A stretch of 32,000 bases of DNA from the NCBI RefSeq assembly GCF_008065095.1, contig NZ_CP042911.1, positions 6,390,001-6,422,000 on the forward strand, in the 5' to 3' direction. Position numbers and translations under genes: made by a program. Shown piece by piece: positions 1-11,805 of this stretch. The notes under the pieces were generated by a model. That model saw only the letters and a list, made by a program, of their open reading frames with translations, was not told the DNA's origin and did not search any database. The DNA comes from Gemmata obscuriglobus (GTDB taxonomy: Bacteria > Planctomycetota > Planctomycetia > Gemmatales > Gemmataceae). The first letter of the stretch is position 1; every line of letters starts with the position of its first letter.

Positions 1-1865
1 CCGCGGAAGAACGCGGCGTTCGAGGTGCCGTTGATGGTGTTGATGACCACGTCCGCGTTCCCGAGCCGCACGCGGGCGAGCGCGTCTCGGGCGTCGGTCG
101 AGCCGAGCGGCAGGAACACCTCCGCCACCACCTCGGCGCCGGCCCCGGTTCGGTTGCGCTCGCCGATCCGGTCGCGGATGATCTGGTGCGCGGTGTGCGG
201 GAAGATGTAGTCCGAGCCCACCAGCGCGATCCGCTTCTTCTTGAGCCCGTCGATGACGAAATCGACCGCGGGGATGAGCTGCTGGTTCGGGGCCGGACCG
301 AGGTACACGATGCGCGGCGACTCCTCCAGCCCCTCGTACTGCACCGGGTAGAACAGCAGCCCGCCGTTGCGCTCGACCACGGCCCGGACGGCCTTGCGCG
401 ACGCGCTGGTCCAGCACCCGAACACCGCCACGCACTTCTCCTCGGTCAGCAGCCGCTCGGCCTGGCGCGCGAACTCGTCCGGGTCGGATTTGCCGTCCAC
501 CACCACCGCACGGACCGGGCGCCCGTTGACCCCGCCCGCCGCGTTCAGCTCTTCCACGGCGAGCAGGGTCGCGTCGATGACCGGGTTCTCGCTCACCGCC
601 ATCGTGCCGCTCTGCGAGTGCAGCACGCCGATCACGATCGGCTCGGGTCCCGCCGCGGGCGCGCGGAACAGCTTCCACCCGAGAACGGCGGACAGCGCGA
701 GCGCCAGCGCGAGTGCGGTCCCCAGCGCGACCGTCTGGCGCCGCCCGCGCCGGTCGGGCGGAACCGGTTCGACCCGCCGCGTCTCGCTCGACCCCGGGAC
801 GGCGGTGTCGGGCTCCACCTTCACCGGCCGCGGCATCGGAACCGATGGGCCGGACGCGGACATCCCGGCGAGCGCCGCTTCGAGGTCGCACACCACCTCG
901 GTCGCGGTCTGCACCCGCTCCCCGGGGCGCTTGGCGAGCAGCCGGGTCACGAGGTCCGACACCTCCCGGGGCACGGCCGGGTTCTTCTGCCGCACCGGCT
1001 CCGGGTGCTTGTTCGCCAGGGCCATCATCACCGCCATCGCGGACGGCCCCTTGAACGGCAGCTCTCCGGTGAGCATGAGGTACATCACGCACCCGAGCGC
1101 GAACAGGTCGCCGCGGGCGTCCACCTCGTGCCCGCCGGCCTGCTCGGGGGACATGTAGTTGGGCGTGCCGACGATGAACCCGGTGCTGGTGAGGCTGGTC
1201 TCGTGCAGGGGCTTGCGGGCCAGCCCGAAGTCGAGCAGCTTGGCGCGGACCGCGCACTTCGGGGGCCGGCCGAGCGCGTCGGACGTCTCCCCGCAGGTTT
1301 TCGTCTCCCGGTTGCACTCGACCGCGTCGGTCCGTTCGAGCCAGATGTTCGCCGGCTTGATGTCCCGGTGGATGAGCCCCTGCGCGTGCGCCGCGGCCAG
1401 CCCGGCGGCGGTGTCGCGGGCGATCACGAGGGCGGTCCGCAGGTCGAGGGCGTCCGCCCCCTCGATGCGGGCCTGGAGCGTCTCGCCCACCAGCAGCGGC
1501 ATGACCAGGAACGGCAGCCCGGCCGACTCGCCGACGTGCAGCACGGTGACGGTGTAGTCGGAGGTGATCCCGGCCGCGGCCCGGCCCTCGCGGAGGAACC
1601 GCTCGCGGCTCTCCGGGTCGGCGGCCAGCTCGGGCTTGAGCACCTTGAGCGCGATCGGCCGCCGGAGGCCGAGGTCCTCGGCCGCGAACACGAGCCCCAT
1701 CCCGCCGGCCCCGAGCAGCCGGAGCACGCGGTAATCGGCGAACCGGCCGATCTCGTCCGGGGCCTGGGGCGGGCCGAGAAACGAGTACGGGGAGCGGATG
1801 CGCTCGGTGACGTCGCTCGACGGCACGCGCGGCCAGGTCTGCTCGGTCGAGTCCGGGTCGGTCAT
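1..1865 (-). CDS. Hanks-type Ser/Thr protein kinase fused through one TM helix to a UrtA/AmiC-like type-1 periplasmic binding domain (C-terminus lies outside the window)
   Basis: The minus-strand frame is open from the ATG at 1865-1863 to the window edge. It is absent from the ORF track because no stop falls in the window. Hand translation begins MTDPDSTEQTWP. Kinase motifs: GAGGMGLVF, IALK, HRDIKPANIW, DFGLA, GTPNYMSPE. TM segment TVALGTALALALALSAVLGW lies at about 675-735. The C-terminal part (PIVIGVLHSQSGTMAVSE ... FGCWTSASRKAV ... YPVQYEGLE ... GSDYIFP ... NTINGTSNAAFF) matches my memory of UrtA-type urea-binding proteins. The start is 6 nt after the upstream stop. Confidence 0.85.
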   Translation of the reverse strand, partial: MTDPDSTEQTWPRVPSSDVTERIRSPYSFLGPPQAPDEIGRFADYRVLRLLGAGGMGLVFAAEDLGLRRPIALKVLKPELAADPESRERFLREGRAAAGITSDYTVTVLHVGESAGLPFLVMPLLVGETLQARIEGADALDLRTALVIARDTAAGLAAAHAQGLIHRDIKPANIWLERTDAVECNRETKTCGETSDALGRPPKCAVRAKLLDFGLARKPLHETSLTSTGFIVGTPNYMSPEQAGGHEVDARGDLFALGCVMYLMLTGELPFKGPSAMAVMMALANKHPEPVRQKNPAVPREVSDLVTRLLAKRPGERVQTATEVVCDLEAALAGMSASGPSVPMPRPVKVEPDTAVPGSSETRRVEPVPPDRRGRRQTVALGTALALALALSAVLGWKLFRAPAAGPEPIVIGVLHSQSGTMAVSENPVIDATLLAVEELNAAGGVNGRPVRAVVVDGKSDPDEFARQAERLLTEEKCVAVFGCWTSASRKAVRAVVERNGGLLFYPVQYEGLEESPRIVYLGPAPNQQLIPAVDFVIDGLKKKRIALVGSDYIFPHTAHQIIRDRIGERNRTGAGAEVVAEVFLPLGSTDARDALARVRLGNADVVINTINGTSNAAFFR

Positions 1866-1871
1866 GGGCTT

Positions 1872-2165
1872 CTACTTCTTCGCGAGCGTGACGATCAGCC
1901 CCGACGCCAGCGACAGCGCCGCGCCGAACAGCGCGAGGATCAGGGTCCAGCGGCGCCCGTCCACGAGGTCGGCGTGCTTGATGTGGTCCTGAAGCTGCTG
2001 CCTGAGCGCGGCCCGCTCCGCCCGTTCGGCGGCCAATTCCGTCTGCAACGTTTCGACCTTCGCGCTCAGCTTCTCAAGCTCGCGCCGGCGGTTGTCGTCA
2101 CGATCGGCCAGCACCTTGAGGTCCGCAACCAGATCTCGAATCTGTTCGCTGGGCGATTTGGCCAC
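1872..2165 (-). CDS. Small coiled-coil protein with a C-terminal TM anchor (97 aa), function unknown
   Basis: This is the same frame as track ORF 1872..2261, but I place the start at GTG 2165. That is 2 nt after the upstream TAG (2170-2168) and is preceded by GAGGTG. Sequence: VAKSPSEQIRDLVADLKVLADRDDNRRRELEKLSAKVETLQTELAAERAERAALRQQLQ, then the hydrophobic tail WTLILALFGAALSLASGLIVTLAKK. Third-codon positions are G/C-rich. Confidence 0.55.
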   Translation of the reverse strand: MAKSPSEQIRDLVADLKVLADRDDNRRRELEKLSAKVETLQTELAAERAERAALRQQLQDHIKHADLVDGRRWTLILALFGAALSLASGLIVTLAKK

Positions 2166-2167
2166 GG

Positions 2168-2515
2168 CTACACCTCGACCGGCTGATTGATGATTTCGTC
2201 CCACGCCGGCTTGCGGCGCTCGAGGTAATCGTCCGTCGCGCGCGCCCAAACGGCCCGGCACCGGCTCTCGAGGGTGGCCGGGTCTTGAAACTCACGGGCC
2301 GTCAGGAGCAGCGAGCCGCTCCCGCGGGCCGCGGGCAGATCGAGCGTCAGCGTCACCTCGACCCCGGCCGGTTGGTGCGGGCGCGCTTCAAAAGTCAGCG
2401 CGACCTGTTTGTCCCAGTCGCGCACCACCGCGCCGAGTGCCGCGACCACGCGCTCCGCGCCGGCCTTGAGGTCCGGACGGCCTTCGAACCCAGCGTACTG
2501 CACGCTCTTGAACAT
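2168..2515 (-). CDS. Hypothetical cytoplasmic protein (115 aa)
   Basis: This is the C-terminal part of track ORF 2168..3094. The upstream part of that ORF is an Arg-rich shadow of the yeaH-like gene. The plausible start is ATG at 2515 (MFKSVQYAGFEGRPDLKAG...), 20 nt after the upstream TAA. Third-codon positions are strongly G/C-rich. I recognise no motif. Confidence 0.6.
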   Translation of the reverse strand: MFKSVQYAGFEGRPDLKAGAERVVAALGAVVRDWDKQVALTFEARPHQPAGVEVTLTLDLPAARGSGSLLLTAREFQDPATLESRCRAVWARATDDYLERRKPAWDEIINQPVEV

Positions 2516-2535
2516 CGCCGCGCCCCCCGCTTGGG

Positions 2536-3639
2536 TTACCGCCCGGTCTTGAGGAACTCCTTGATGCTGCCCAGGATCGCGTCGCGGTCCGGGATGCGGC
2601 TCGTCACCACGTTCTCGTGGTCGTCGACCAGCTCGTGGACGTGGTCGAAGAACTCGCCGCTCCCGTACGGCGACTCCACCTGCCCGTACCCGAACAGGTT
2701 CAGCTTCGCCAGCATCGTCTTCCCCAGCAGCTCCTTGCACTTGGGCACGTCGTCGCCCCAGTTGTCGCCGTCGGAGAAGTGGAACGCGTACACGTTCCAC
2801 TGGCTCGGCGGGAACCGGGCGTCGATGATCTTGTTGCACAGCTCGTAGGCGCTGCTGATCTTGGTGCCGCCGCTCTCCCGCGTGTGGTAAAACGTGTGCT
2901 CGTCGACCTCTTGCGCCACGGCGTCGTGGATGATGTAAACAGTTTCGACGCCCTGGTAGTGCTTTTTGATCCAGGTGTCGATCCAGAACGACTCGATGCG
3001 GACGATCTCCTTCTGCTCGTCGGTCATCGAGCCGGACACGTCCATCATGTAGATCACGCACGCGACGGCGTCCGGCTTGGGCACCTCTTTCCACGCGCGG
3101 TACCGCTTGTCCTCGCGCTGCGGGATGACGGTGGGCACGAGCGGGTTGTACGACCCGGCCGAAATCTGCCGCTGCAGCGCCCGCTTGAAGGTCCGCTTGA
3201 AGTGCCGTAGCGACTCCGGCCCCACGCTCCGGATGCTGGTGTACTTGTCCTTCTCGGTAACGACGTTCTCCTTGCCCCGCGGCTCGATGCGCGGCAGCGC
3301 CAGCTCCTCCCCCAGGATCTCGGCGAGTTCCTCCATCGTGAGGTCCACTTCGAGGATGTGCCCGCCGGGGGAGTCGCCGGCCTGCGGCTCGCCCTCGCCG
3401 TCCTGCGGCTGCGTGAGCGGCTGGCCGGGCTGCCCGGGGCCGACCCCGACGCCGCCCGAATTCTTCTGCCCGTAGCGGAACTGCGGCAGGTTGATGGACG
3501 GAATCGGGATGGACACGAAGTCCTTCCCCTTCTTGCCGATCATCTCCCCGCGGCTGATGTACTTGGACAGGTTGCTCTTCACCTTTCCGCGCACCAGCTT
3601 GCGGAACCGCTGCAGGTCTTGCTCAATTTTCTGTCCCAC
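2536..3639 (-). CDS. yeaH: YeaH/YhbH family protein (DUF444, vWA-like)
   Basis: 367-aa ORF with a GTG start at 3639. Blocks shared with E. coli YeaH and B. subtilis YhbH, from memory: YMMDVSGSM, EVDEHTFY, ESGGTKISSAY, QWNVYAFHFSDGDNWGDD, and a Gly/Pro/Gln-rich acidic linker after the N-terminal basic segment. Confidence 0.9.
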   Translation of the reverse strand: MGQKIEQDLQRFRKLVRGKVKSNLSKYISRGEMIGKKGKDFVSIPIPSINLPQFRYGQKNSGGVGVGPGQPGQPLTQPQDGEGEPQAGDSPGGHILEVDLTMEELAEILGEELALPRIEPRGKENVVTEKDKYTSIRSVGPESLRHFKRTFKRALQRQISAGSYNPLVPTVIPQREDKRYRAWKEVPKPDAVACVIYMMDVSGSMTDEQKEIVRIESFWIDTWIKKHYQGVETVYIIHDAVAQEVDEHTFYHTRESGGTKISSAYELCNKIIDARFPPSQWNVYAFHFSDGDNWGDDVPKCKELLGKTMLAKLNLFGYGQVESPYGSGEFFDHVHELVDDHENVVTSRIPDRDAILGSIKEFLKTGR

Positions 3640-4113
3640 GGCGAATCGTGCCTCGGGGTTGGGTGGCGTCTCGGTTTTCGGCGCGTGCTTGCGCCTCCGC
3701 GCTGTCGCGTACAGGAATCGTACCAGACGAACCGGGGCGGGGAGAAGCTAAACAGGGTGTCCGACGGGGCAGGAAATCTGCCGCCGGGCCAATCGGTCCG
3801 GAACCGCGCACGGGTTAAAACGGCTGATATCACACGCCGCGCCGCCCAGAGCGGAGCCTAACCTGACAAAAGCGATGTGCGAAATGCGATAAGGCGCGGC
3901 AAGCAGAAACAGTTGGCTTCCAGAGAGGGCGCGTGCGGCCGAGCTACTTTCGTCCTTCGGCACGCCTCACGGCGTGAGTTTCGAACTTTGAAACTCGGCC
4001 GGGAGGCGACTTGACCTGATCGGCACCAGGAACCGTCCGCGGCGTTACACCGCAGTTCACGCTAACTTCACGGCCGCACGCGCTACTCAAACGACACTTT
4101 AGACGCGATCCCC

Positions 4114-4139
4114 GGTCCCGGCCACTTCGGGCCGGGACC
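4114..4139 (-). terminator. GC-rich hairpin downstream of katG (10-bp stem, 6-nt loop)
   Basis: ggtcccggcc-acttcg-ggccgggacc lies 30 nt after the katG stop. It is not followed by a clear U-tract. Confidence 0.4.
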
Positions 4140-4168
4140 GTGCTCGCGGGTGTGAAGACGACCCGTTT

Positions 4169-7616
<3,448 letters not shown>

Positions 7617-7776
7617 AGGTGCGCCGCCCGCGCCCCCGGCGCCGGGCGGAAGCGCGAGCAACTCGTAAGACAGGCCCAGAACGTCCTCACGCCCGGAGCC
7701 GCGGCAGCCCGCGCTCGTTTCCCAATGCGAGCGCGGGCCGAAGGCGCGGGCTGAGAAAACCAGGGGGCACGCGCAC

Positions 7777-8802
7777 ATGGTGCGAATCGGAATTGTCGGC
7801 ATCGGGTTCATGGGCCGCATTCACTTCCTCGCCAGCCAGCGCCTCACCGGCGCGAAGGTGACCGCGATTTGCAGCCGCGACGCCGCCAAGCGCGCGGGCG
7901 ACTGGCACAACACCCGCGGTAATTTCGGCCCCGAACCCGGCCAGGTGGACCTCACCGGCGTTAAGGCCTACGCGGAGGTGAGCGAACTCCTCGCGGACCC
8001 CGAAATCGATCTGATCGACATCTGCACCGTCACGGACCAGCACACGCCGCTCGCGCTCGCCGCACTCAAGGCCGGCAAACACGTGCTGGTCGAAAAGGCG
8101 ATCGCCCTTTCGCCCGAGGACGCCGACGCGATGGTCGCCGCGGCCAAGAGCGCCGGGAAGTTGCTGATGGTGGCGCACGTGCTGCCGTTCTTCCCCGAGT
8201 TCAAGTACGCGGCCGATGTGATCGCGAACGGCAAATACGGAAAGGTGGTCGCGGCGCACTTCAAACGAGTGATCGCGAAACCGGACTGGTCGTCGGACAT
8301 CGGCGACGCCGCCAAGACCGGCGGACCGGCGGTCGATCTGCACATCCACGACACCCACTTCATCGGGTTGGTGTGCGGGGTCCCGAAGCACGTGTTCTCG
8401 GCCGGCACGGTCGAAAGCGGCGCGGTTTCGTACCTCACCACCTCGTACCTCTACGGCCCCGGCGGCCCCGCGGTGACGTGCTCCAGCGGCGCCGTGTCGA
8501 TGCCCGGGCGGCCGTTCGTCCACGGGTACGAAATCTACCTGGAGAAGGCGACGCTGCTGTTCGACTCGGGCGGGGTGCCGCTGACGCTCCTGACCGCGGA
8601 CGGGAAGTCCGAGCACCCCGCGCTCCCCGGCGGGGGCGACGCGCTCTCGGCGTTCACGGACGAGCTACAGACCGCGGTCGGCGGGGTCGCGTCGGGCCGG
8701 GAGCCGGCGCTGCTGAGCGGGCAACTGGCGCGTGACGCGCTCGTGCTGTGTCACCGCGAAATCGAATCTGTGAAGACGGGCAAACCAGTAGCCATCAGCT
8801 AA
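7777..8802 (+). CDS. Gfo/Idh/MocA family NAD(P)-dependent oxidoreductase
   Basis: N-terminal Rossmann motif MVRIGIVGIGFMGRIH, then the EKA block (HVLVEKAIAL). Length of 341 aa is typical of the family. Confidence 0.9.
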   Translation: MVRIGIVGIGFMGRIHFLASQRLTGAKVTAICSRDAAKRAGDWHNTRGNFGPEPGQVDLTGVKAYAEVSELLADPEIDLIDICTVTDQHTPLALAALKAGKHVLVEKAIALSPEDADAMVAAAKSAGKLLMVAHVLPFFPEFKYAADVIANGKYGKVVAAHFKRVIAKPDWSSDIGDAAKTGGPAVDLHIHDTHFIGLVCGVPKHVFSAGTVESGAVSYLTTSYLYGPGGPAVTCSSGAVSMPGRPFVHGYEIYLEKATLLFDSGGVPLTLLTADGKSEHPALPGGGDALSAFTDELQTAVGGVASGREPALLSGQLARDALVLCHREIESVKTGKPVAIS

Positions 8803-8950
8803 CTGCCCATAACACCCATCTTTCGCAACTGGAACACCCGTTACTGGTTGCCGAGAAATGTGACCTGGTAATCTGCAACGGTTCTCGCAGTCTGCCGGGT
8901 TCTGCCGATTTGAGTTGGCAGGACCAGCCTGGTAAGCGCGAGGGCCGCCG

Positions 8951-9790
8951 ATGAGCAAGCGAATGTGGTTCAGCTGTGGGCTTCTGGCGACCGCACTCGC
9001 TCTCGCGGGCTGCACGTTACCGTGTCACAAGGGGTATGAGAAGGCGCTCGAAAACGGGGTGCAGTGCGAGCTGCCGACCCCGTGCCGGAACCGCGTTCAC
9101 CTGTTCATGGTGCACGGGCTCACCCCGTCCACACACACCGGCCTGAACGCGCTGCGGTTGCAACTCGGCGAGAACGGGTTCGCGAAGGTTGGGATCGGTG
9201 AGTTCTATCACGCGTGGTGGGTGAAGAGCGAGATCGAGTGCATCCGCAAGAACGACCCCGACGCGCGGTTCGTGCTCCTGGGCTACGACTACGGGGCCGG
9301 CGTCGCGCTCTCGCTCGCCCGCGACCTAACCGCAAAGGGCGCGGCGGTCGATGCCGTCGTGCTGCTCGACCCGAAGGGCTGCGCGCCCGAGCCGTGCGGG
9401 GTTCACACGCTCCTCATCACGAACGGCATGTGTACCGAACGTGTCCCGCACTCGGCCCGGGTGATGGTCCCGGACGCCACGCACTTCACCCTCCCGGCGC
9501 ACCCGACGACCGTCGCGGCGGTCGCGGACCTGTTGCGGAACATCGCCGAGCGGCACTGCGAGCCGGAGATCGAAGAGGTGCCCGTGTGGAGCTACCCGAA
9601 CGCCCCGGAGCCGCACTCCGTGGCGCCCGTGCGGGGCACCCCGCCCGAATGGAACTTCCTCGCCGACCGCGCCGGCCCGACGCGCGCCATCGGCACCCAG
9701 ACGGCCACACGCCCGGTCGCGAAGCCGCCCGCGGTGGCCACAACGGCTCCGGTCCCGGTGTCGCCGGTTCCGGTGGCCACGAAGCGCTGA
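8951..9790 (+). CDS. Lipoprotein with an alpha/beta-hydrolase-like core and a Pro/Ala/Val-rich tail
   Basis: Signal peptide with lipobox (LALAGC). VHLFMVHG strand, nucleophile-elbow-like LLGYDYGAG, VVLLDP, and a late His (DATHFTLP). The C-terminal 60 aa are low-complexity P/A/V/T. Confidence 0.75.
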   Translation: MSKRMWFSCGLLATALALAGCTLPCHKGYEKALENGVQCELPTPCRNRVHLFMVHGLTPSTHTGLNALRLQLGENGFAKVGIGEFYHAWWVKSEIECIRKNDPDARFVLLGYDYGAGVALSLARDLTAKGAAVDAVVLLDPKGCAPEPCGVHTLLITNGMCTERVPHSARVMVPDATHFTLPAHPTTVAAVADLLRNIAERHCEPEIEEVPVWSYPNAPEPHSVAPVRGTPPEWNFLADRAGPTRAIGTQTATRPVAKPPAVATTAPVPVSPVPVATKR

Positions 9791-9831
9791 ATGCCCTCGC
9801 CTGAGCCCCCTTCGCGTGCTTCAATGAGCGG

Positions 9832-10998
9832 ATGAAGCTCAAGCAGCAACCCCAGGACTTCCGGGTCGAAGAACGGACCGACGTGGTCGCCGGCGAGGCC
9901 GGCGACTTCGCCCTTTACCGGCTCGACAAGACCGGCTGGACCACCCCCGACGCGCTGGCCGCGCTCCGGCGCCGCTGGCAGGTCGACCACCGCCGGCTGA
10001 GCTACGGCGGGCTCAAGGACCGGCACGCGGTCACGTCGCAGCACCTCACCATCTTCCGCGGCCCGAAGCGGAACCTGACGCACGAGCGGGTCACCGTCAC
10101 CTACCTCGGGCAGTGCGTCGAGCCGTTCACCGCGCAGGAAATCCGCGCGAACCGGTTCACGGTCACCCTCCGCTCGCTGAACGCCGCCGGAGTGTCGCGC
10201 GCCGAAGCGACGCTGCGCGAGGTCGCCGACGCCGGGCTGCCGAACTACTTCGACGACCAGCGATTTGGCTCGGTCGGCGAGCAGCAGGAGTTCGTCGCGA
10301 AGGAAATGGTGTTCGGGCGGTTCGAGCGGGCGTTGTGGCTCGCGCTCGCCGCACCCTACGAGCACGACCGGGCCGACGCCAAGCGCGAAAAGGCGACGCT
10401 CACGGAACTGTGGGGCAAGTGGCCTGAGTGCCAGGCGAAGCTCCCGAAGGGCCACGCCCGCAGCCTCGTGAGCTACCTCGCCGCCCACCCGACCGACTTC
10501 AAGGGCGCGGTCGCACGTCTGCGCCCCGAACTTCAGGGGTTGTACCTCTCGGCGTACCAGAGCTACCTGTGGAACAAGATGCTGGCCGCGTGGCTGACCA
10601 CCACACTCGGCCCCGCCAACCTGACGAGTGTGGAACTGAAGCTCGGCACCGTCCCGGCGCCGGTGCGGTTACCCGACGAGAACCGCGCCGCATGGGAGTC
10701 CCTAATGCTGCCACTCCCATCCGCGCGTGTGAAGCCCGAACCGGACGCGCCGTGGCTCCCGACCGTGGAGGAGATGCTAAAGGGCGAGGGCCTCACGCTC
10801 GCGGAGTTAAAGGTGAAGGGAATGCAGAAGCCGTTCTTCTCGAAGGGCGACCGCCCGGCGTGCGTGCGACCGGAGAACCTGAGCCACACCGCCGACGCCG
10901 ACGAACTGAACAAGGGCCGGCGGAAGCTCGTGCTGAGCTTCGACCTGCCGCGCGGCAGCTACGCGACGATGCTGGTGAAGCGGGTCACGTCGCCTTGA
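9832..10998 (+). CDS. truD: tRNA pseudouridine synthase D
   Basis: TruD blocks: PQDFRVEE, YGGLKDRHAVTSQ (catalytic Asp), LPNYFDDQRFG, LYLSAYQSYLWN, LPRGSYATM. Confidence 0.9.
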   Translation: MKLKQQPQDFRVEERTDVVAGEAGDFALYRLDKTGWTTPDALAALRRRWQVDHRRLSYGGLKDRHAVTSQHLTIFRGPKRNLTHERVTVTYLGQCVEPFTAQEIRANRFTVTLRSLNAAGVSRAEATLREVADAGLPNYFDDQRFGSVGEQQEFVAKEMVFGRFERALWLALAAPYEHDRADAKREKATLTELWGKWPECQAKLPKGHARSLVSYLAAHPTDFKGAVARLRPELQGLYLSAYQSYLWNKMLAAWLTTTLGPANLTSVELKLGTVPAPVRLPDENRAAWESLMLPLPSARVKPEPDAPWLPTVEEMLKGEGLTLAELKVKGMQKPFFSKGDRPACVRPENLSHTADADELNKGRRKLVLSFDLPRGSYATMLVKRVTSP

Positions 10999-11021
10999 CG
11001 AGCAGACGCGAGAGGTCGGTC

Positions 11022-11345
11022 ATGGGATTCCGACGAGACGGCCGCCGCTCGCGAACCGAGCGGCTAGCGTGGCATGAGTGGCGAGGGCAATACGCAGAGC
11101 TGCTTGCGGCGTCTGGCTTGCCTCCGCAGGTGCTACGCAGCCGAGGGGATTGGGATTACCTCCTTCGCTACGGCTATCACGCCAGCCCGTATCCACAAAT
11201 AGACTTCCGATTAGAAGAACTCAGCCTGGAACAACGGGAGGCGTTCCGGGTTCTCTTGGAGACCGTACTGAGCCCAGAGGAGCAGGAGCGTGGGTGTGCT
11301 GGTTGGCATTTCGTCTGCCCGCCCGACAGCAGTGAACGGTGTTGA
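11022..11345 (+). CDS. Hypothetical protein (107 aa)
   Basis: This is the tail of track ORF 10428..11345. Upstream of the ATG at 11022 that frame is only an out-of-frame shadow of truD. The ATG is preceded by GAGAGG. G+C is lower than in the flanking genes. I recognise no motif. Confidence 0.5.
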   Translation: MGFRRDGRRSRTERLAWHEWRGQYAELLAASGLPPQVLRSRGDWDYLLRYGYHASPYPQIDFRLEELSLEQREAFRVLLETVLSPEEQERGCAGWHFVCPPDSSERC

Positions 11346-11416
11346 AGAGGCCGTCGTTGCGGGTTGAGCGGCCACTTTGACGCCCCGGAGTGACATAAAC
11401 GTGGAGGTGCGTGAGC

Positions 11417-11725
11417 ATGAACGTATTTGAAATGCTGACGCCATTCCTCATGGCCGTGCTGGGCAGTGCGTTAGGGGCCGCATTTGGCTATTTCACGGGC
11501 CTCAACATCTACCTATCAACACTGGCGGGGGGCTACGGCGCAATGCTCCCTCTGATAGTTGCGGTAATGCGAACTCGTCCAAAGGAGCCGAGACAGCCTC
11601 CGCATTTCGAAGACGTGCGCGTACTGTTCTGCTTCATCTTACTTTCGATTGCGTCGTGTGCAGTTCTGCCAGCCATTGCTATAATATTTTCAATCAAATT
11701 GAAACATTTCAATAAAGGCTACTAA
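11417..11725 (+). CDS. Small integral membrane protein (about 102 aa, 3 predicted TM segments)
   Basis: Track ORF 11411..11725. I prefer ATG 11417, which has GGAGG 9 nt upstream. Hydrophobic stretches: LTPFLMAVLGSALGAAFGYF, LAGGYGAMLPLIVAV, LFCFILLSIASCAVLPAIAIIF. The DNA is markedly A/T-rich for this window. Confidence 0.55.
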   Translation: MNVFEMLTPFLMAVLGSALGAAFGYFTGLNIYLSTLAGGYGAMLPLIVAVMRTRPKEPRQPPHFEDVRVLFCFILLSIASCAVLPAIAIIFSIKLKHFNKGY

Positions 11726-11805
11726 CAGATCAGGCCCCGCGGCAAATTCGCTCATCGCTTGTCTACCCACAGCAGCATAAACGTGCAGACACGTGAGGGC
11801 TAGTC

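Noticed and set aside
186-2186. 666-aa plus-strand ORF, the longest ORF in this part of the track
   Set aside because: Its product is Arg/Gly/Pro/His-rich low complexity with no motifs. The opposite strand in the same interval encodes an unmistakable kinase, plus the small coiled-coil gene, with G/C-rich third positions. This is a classic high-G+C antisense shadow ORF.
3899-3922. Sigma-54 type promoter (TGGAAG...TGCTTGC on the minus strand) upstream of the yeaH-like operon
   Set aside because: The GG and GC elements are not at the canonical spacing (GG-N10-GC). A second GGCACG-containing site at about 3958-3975 is off by one and faces away from any gene.
3955-4010. Small hairpins (cacgcc-tcac-ggcgtg and gagtttc-gaacttt-gaaactc) with a TTCGAA core that looked tRNA T-arm-like
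   Set aside because: No acceptor, D or anticodon arms can be drawn around them and the stems are only 6-7 bp. I left them unannotated within the 530-bp non-coding region.
7687-10488. Long minus-strand ORFs 7687..8616 and 9592..10488
   Set aside because: They are antisense to the Gfo/Idh/MocA and truD genes. Their translations are Arg/Gly/Pro-rich, with no motifs.
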